From Solirubrobacterales bacterium (GTDB lineage Bacteria; Actinomycetota; Thermoleophilia; Solirubrobacterales; JACPNS01), in NCBI GenBank assembly GCA_049276635.1, contig JBASWU010000062.1, positions 39,464-103,463 of the forward strand: a DNA stretch of 64,000 nucleotides, in the 5' to 3' direction. Below the pieces are notes generated by a model that did not search any database, had not been told where the DNA came from, and saw nothing but the letters and a program-made list of their open reading frames with translations. This document shows, in pieces, positions 61,434-64,000 of the stretch; positions within the stretch are counted from its first letter, which is position 1, and each line of letters opens with the position of its first letter. A program made the position numbers and the translations under genes.

Positions 61434-61805
61434 ATGAAGAAGATCGAAGCTTTCATCCGCCACGAGGCGTTCGACCCGATCCGCCGCGACCTACTCGACT
61501 CGGGCGTACCGAGTCTCTCGGTCACGGACGTCAAGGGCTCTGGCCGCCAAAAGGGCGTGACCGAGCACTACCGCGGCGCCGAGCTGGTGATTCACCTGCG
61601 CCCCAAGCTGAAGATCGAGTGCGTGGTCGACGACAGCGAAGTCGAAAAGGTCGTCGACATCATTCTCAACAACGCCAGAACCGGCGAGGTCGGCGACGGC
61701 AAGATCTTCATCCTTCCCGTCGAGGAGACGGTTCGGATCCGCACCGGCGAGCGCGGCGATGACGTCCTGGCGACTCATCTCGCGCAGGAACAGGAGCGGG
61801 AATAA
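61434..61805 (+). CDS. glnK: P-II nitrogen regulatory protein
   Basis: 123-aa ORF starting MKKIEAFIRHEAFDPIRRDL, 33 nt after amt. T-loop GRQKGVTEHYRGAE; GDGKIFILPVEE. Confidence 0.95.
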   Translation: MKKIEAFIRHEAFDPIRRDLLDSGVPSLSVTDVKGSGRQKGVTEHYRGAELVIHLRPKLKIECVVDDSEVEKVVDIILNNARTGEVGDGKIFILPVEETVRIRTGERGDDVLATHLAQEQERE

Positions 61806-61976
61806 CGCCACCGCCGCGACACGTCATTCGAACAGAATTGACTAGAACGAACGTCCGGAATGGCTGGCCGGAGCTTGTCAAACACCGCCTCGTCGGTATA
61901 GCTTTTTCCTAGAGCGCCGATCGACCGGGCGCAGGCTTGACAACGACAAAATCACGGCAATTAAGGGATTCATTCG

Positions 61977-63491
61977 ATGATGTACTCCCAGCAAACCGTT
62001 TCGCCGGAGCGAGTCCGGCGTTCGGCCGGCCACTGGCCGACATCAGTTCTCGCCACGACGCTCGTCGTGGTGTTTCCCGTGGCGGCCATGTACGCGGTCC
62101 AGCCATCCGGAAGCGACCGGTCGAGCGGGCTCTCAGTCGTCGGCGCGGCCGTACTCTCGCTGATAGCCGCGAGCATCGGCGCCGCGCTATGGAAGCGGTG
62201 CAAAAGCTCGCGCGACCTCGTGTTCGCCGACCTGATGCTCTGGGGACGAGTTCGCCGCTGGCGCACCGACCGCCGGATTGCCGATACTGCGGCGATTCTG
62301 GGGGATTGCGTGCAGGCTGCCGGCAATGAGCGGGCGGAATTGTTTGAGATGCTTTCGGACACCCTTGAGGCACGGGATCCGTTTACGCACCGGCATTCCC
62401 AGCGCGTCGCGCGTCACGTCGAGGCGATCGCTCGCGAAATGGGGCTGCCGCGCGAAGCCGTAGCGAAAATACGCTTGGCCGGCGCGATCCACGATGTCGG
62501 AAAGGTCGATACGCCGCGCGCAATCCTCAACAAACCCGGAAAACTAACCACCGAAGAGTTCGATGAGATCAAGCGGCATCCCGTGGACGGCGCGCGCATG
62601 GTCGCCGCGCTCGGGGATCCCGGGCTCACCGCGATCGTTCGTCACCATCACGAGAGAATCGACGGCAACGGTTACCCGGACGGACTGGCCGGCGCGGAGA
62701 TTCCGCTGGGGTCGAGAATCATTGCGGTCGCCGACACCTTTGACGCGATGACCTCGACGCGCGCCTATCGCGCCGGGTGCACGCACAAAACGGCGCTCGA
62801 AACCCTACGCAGCGTCTCCGGCAGCCAACTCGACCCGGAGGCGACCGGCGCATTTTTTCGCTACTACTCCGGGAGACGATCGATCGCCTGGTGGAGCGTG
62901 ATCGCCGCGGGTCCGCCGCGCCTGATCTCGTCGCTATTCGGGTCCTTGAGCGCCGCCGCGCCGCCGATTTTCAAAACAGCCGCGATTGCCACGGCTGCGG
63001 CCGTAGTCGGAGGATCGTCGATCGGCCCCGCCGGCCGGGCTCCCGGATCCGCCGCCGCCAGCACGACGGGGGTCGTCCGGCCGGACCGGACGCTGCACGG
63101 CATCGGCGGCGATACACGCGAAGCGTCGATGTCCAAGTTGAACCATCGCGCGAAAACCAGACGTCGAGCCAGCGGCGACCCGATCGCAGAGGCCGGTGGT
63201 GACGCAACCAAGGCGTCGGCCGATCAGCAGTCAACTGCAGCGGTCGCGCCAGCTGAGTACAACACCTCGGGCAACGGTTCTGGCAGCGGGTCGGGCGACG
63301 CAACGGGCGACGGCTCCCGAGGCGGTTTGCGTCTACCGCAGACGCCGGCGCCGCCCCCACTGCCGGATCTTCCGCCGGTGCCTTCTCCGCCGACCCCCAC
63401 TCCGCCGGTGAACGTCAACAAACCGGAGACCCCGGCGGTAGTCCCCGAGGTGCCGGTGCCGCTGCCGGGCCGCGGTCCCGGCGGACAGTAA
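61977..63491 (+). CDS. membrane HD-GYP-type HD-domain protein with Pro-rich C-terminal tail
   Basis: 504-aa ORF with two N-terminal TM helices. HRHSQRVARH, IHDVGKVDTP, HHHERIDGNGYP. Low-complexity Ser/Gly/Pro tail. Confidence 0.85.
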   Translation: MMYSQQTVSPERVRRSAGHWPTSVLATTLVVVFPVAAMYAVQPSGSDRSSGLSVVGAAVLSLIAASIGAALWKRCKSSRDLVFADLMLWGRVRRWRTDRRIADTAAILGDCVQAAGNERAELFEMLSDTLEARDPFTHRHSQRVARHVEAIAREMGLPREAVAKIRLAGAIHDVGKVDTPRAILNKPGKLTTEEFDEIKRHPVDGARMVAALGDPGLTAIVRHHHERIDGNGYPDGLAGAEIPLGSRIIAVADTFDAMTSTRAYRAGCTHKTALETLRSVSGSQLDPEATGAFFRYYSGRRSIAWWSVIAAGPPRLISSLFGSLSAAAPPIFKTAAIATAAAVVGGSSIGPAGRAPGSAAASTTGVVRPDRTLHGIGGDTREASMSKLNHRAKTRRRASGDPIAEAGGDATKASADQQSTAAVAPAEYNTSGNGSGSGSGDATGDGSRGGLRLPQTPAPPPLPDLPPVPSPPTPTPPVNVNKPETPAVVPEVPVPLPGRGPGGQ

Positions 63492-63539
63492 CCGTTTGTA
63501 CACCGAGGTATCGTGCGGCGTGGCTAACGTCTTGGCCAC

Positions 63540-64000
63540 ATGACTACAAGCACCCAATCTCCCCCAAAGATCCGCAACCTCGCGATCATCGCGCACGTCG
63601 ACCACGGCAAGACGACGCTCGTCGACCACCTGCTCAGACAATCACAGGTCTTTCGTGATAACCAGGCCGAGATGACCCAGGACCTGATCATGGACTCCGG
63701 TGACCAGGAAAAAGAGCGCGGAATCACGATCACCGCGAAGGTCACCGCCGTCGAGTACGGCGATTACCGCCTCAACATCATTGACACCCCCGGCCACGCC
63801 GACTTCAGCGGCGAGGTCGAGCGCACGCTGAACATGGCAGACGGCTGCCTGCTGATCGTCGACGCCCAGGAGGGTCCGATGCCGCAGACCAAGTTTGTGC
63901 TGACCAAAGCGCTGCAAAACGGCCTCAAGCCGATCGTCGTAATCAACAAAATCGACAAGGCGGCCAGCCGCATCGACGAGGTCGAGAGCGAGCTCGCCGA
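63540..64000 (+). CDS. typA: translational GTPase TypA/BipA (5' part; continues beyond window)
   Basis: ATG 63540 gives [32 protein letters not shown]...[13 protein letters not shown]...[17 protein letters not shown]...VINKIDK. The G1-G4 motifs follow the TypA pattern. Confidence 0.95.
   Translation, partial: MTTSTQSPPKIRNLAIIAHVDHGKTTLVDHLLRQSQVFRDNQAEMTQDLIMDSGDQEKERGITITAKVTAVEYGDYRLNIIDTPGHADFSGEVERTLNMADGCLLIVDAQEGPMPQTKFVLTKALQNGLKPIVVINKIDKAASRIDEVESELA

Overview
High-GC (about 70%) chromosomal core region with actinobacterium-like gene order, almost fully coding. I saw no rRNA, CRISPR array, transposase or integrase. Long ORFs antisense to recognisable genes are treated as high-GC shadow ORFs. 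Minus-strand blocks: rimP-nusA-infB (infB runs off the left edge); coaBC-rpoZ-gmk-mihF; a pyrimidine operon pyrR-pyrB-pyrC-carA-carB-pyrK-pyrD with a PyrR-type RNA site over the pyrR RBS; rnz; an ECF sigma with a DUF4349-type anti-sigma; CDP-sugar genes; relA-recJ; secDF; ruvCAB; pdxST; GH3; VapBC; rpiR. Plus-strand genes: two HD-GYP proteins, a SigB/F-type sigma with a partner-switching set (RsbW-like, PP2C, convergent STAS), corA, rmlC-like/HIT/phosphomannomutase, MBL hydrolase, lipid kinase, yebC, beta-carbonic anhydrase, amt-glnK and typA (partial). There are two tRNAs, Arg-CCG and Met-CAU. Best-supported notable item: a clear SAM-I riboswitch with terminator in front of a threonine-synthase-like gene and a MoaD/ThiS-like sulfur carrier ending in GG, pointing to sulfur-carrier-dependent homocysteine synthesis. 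Other items: a degenerate RsbW-like paralog next to RsbW, an XRE HTH gene broken by one in-frame TAG, a 17-bp tandem repeat array, and an unexplained structured 576-bp intergenic region. All calls rest on reading the translations and sequence by eye. No database search or folding computation was run.
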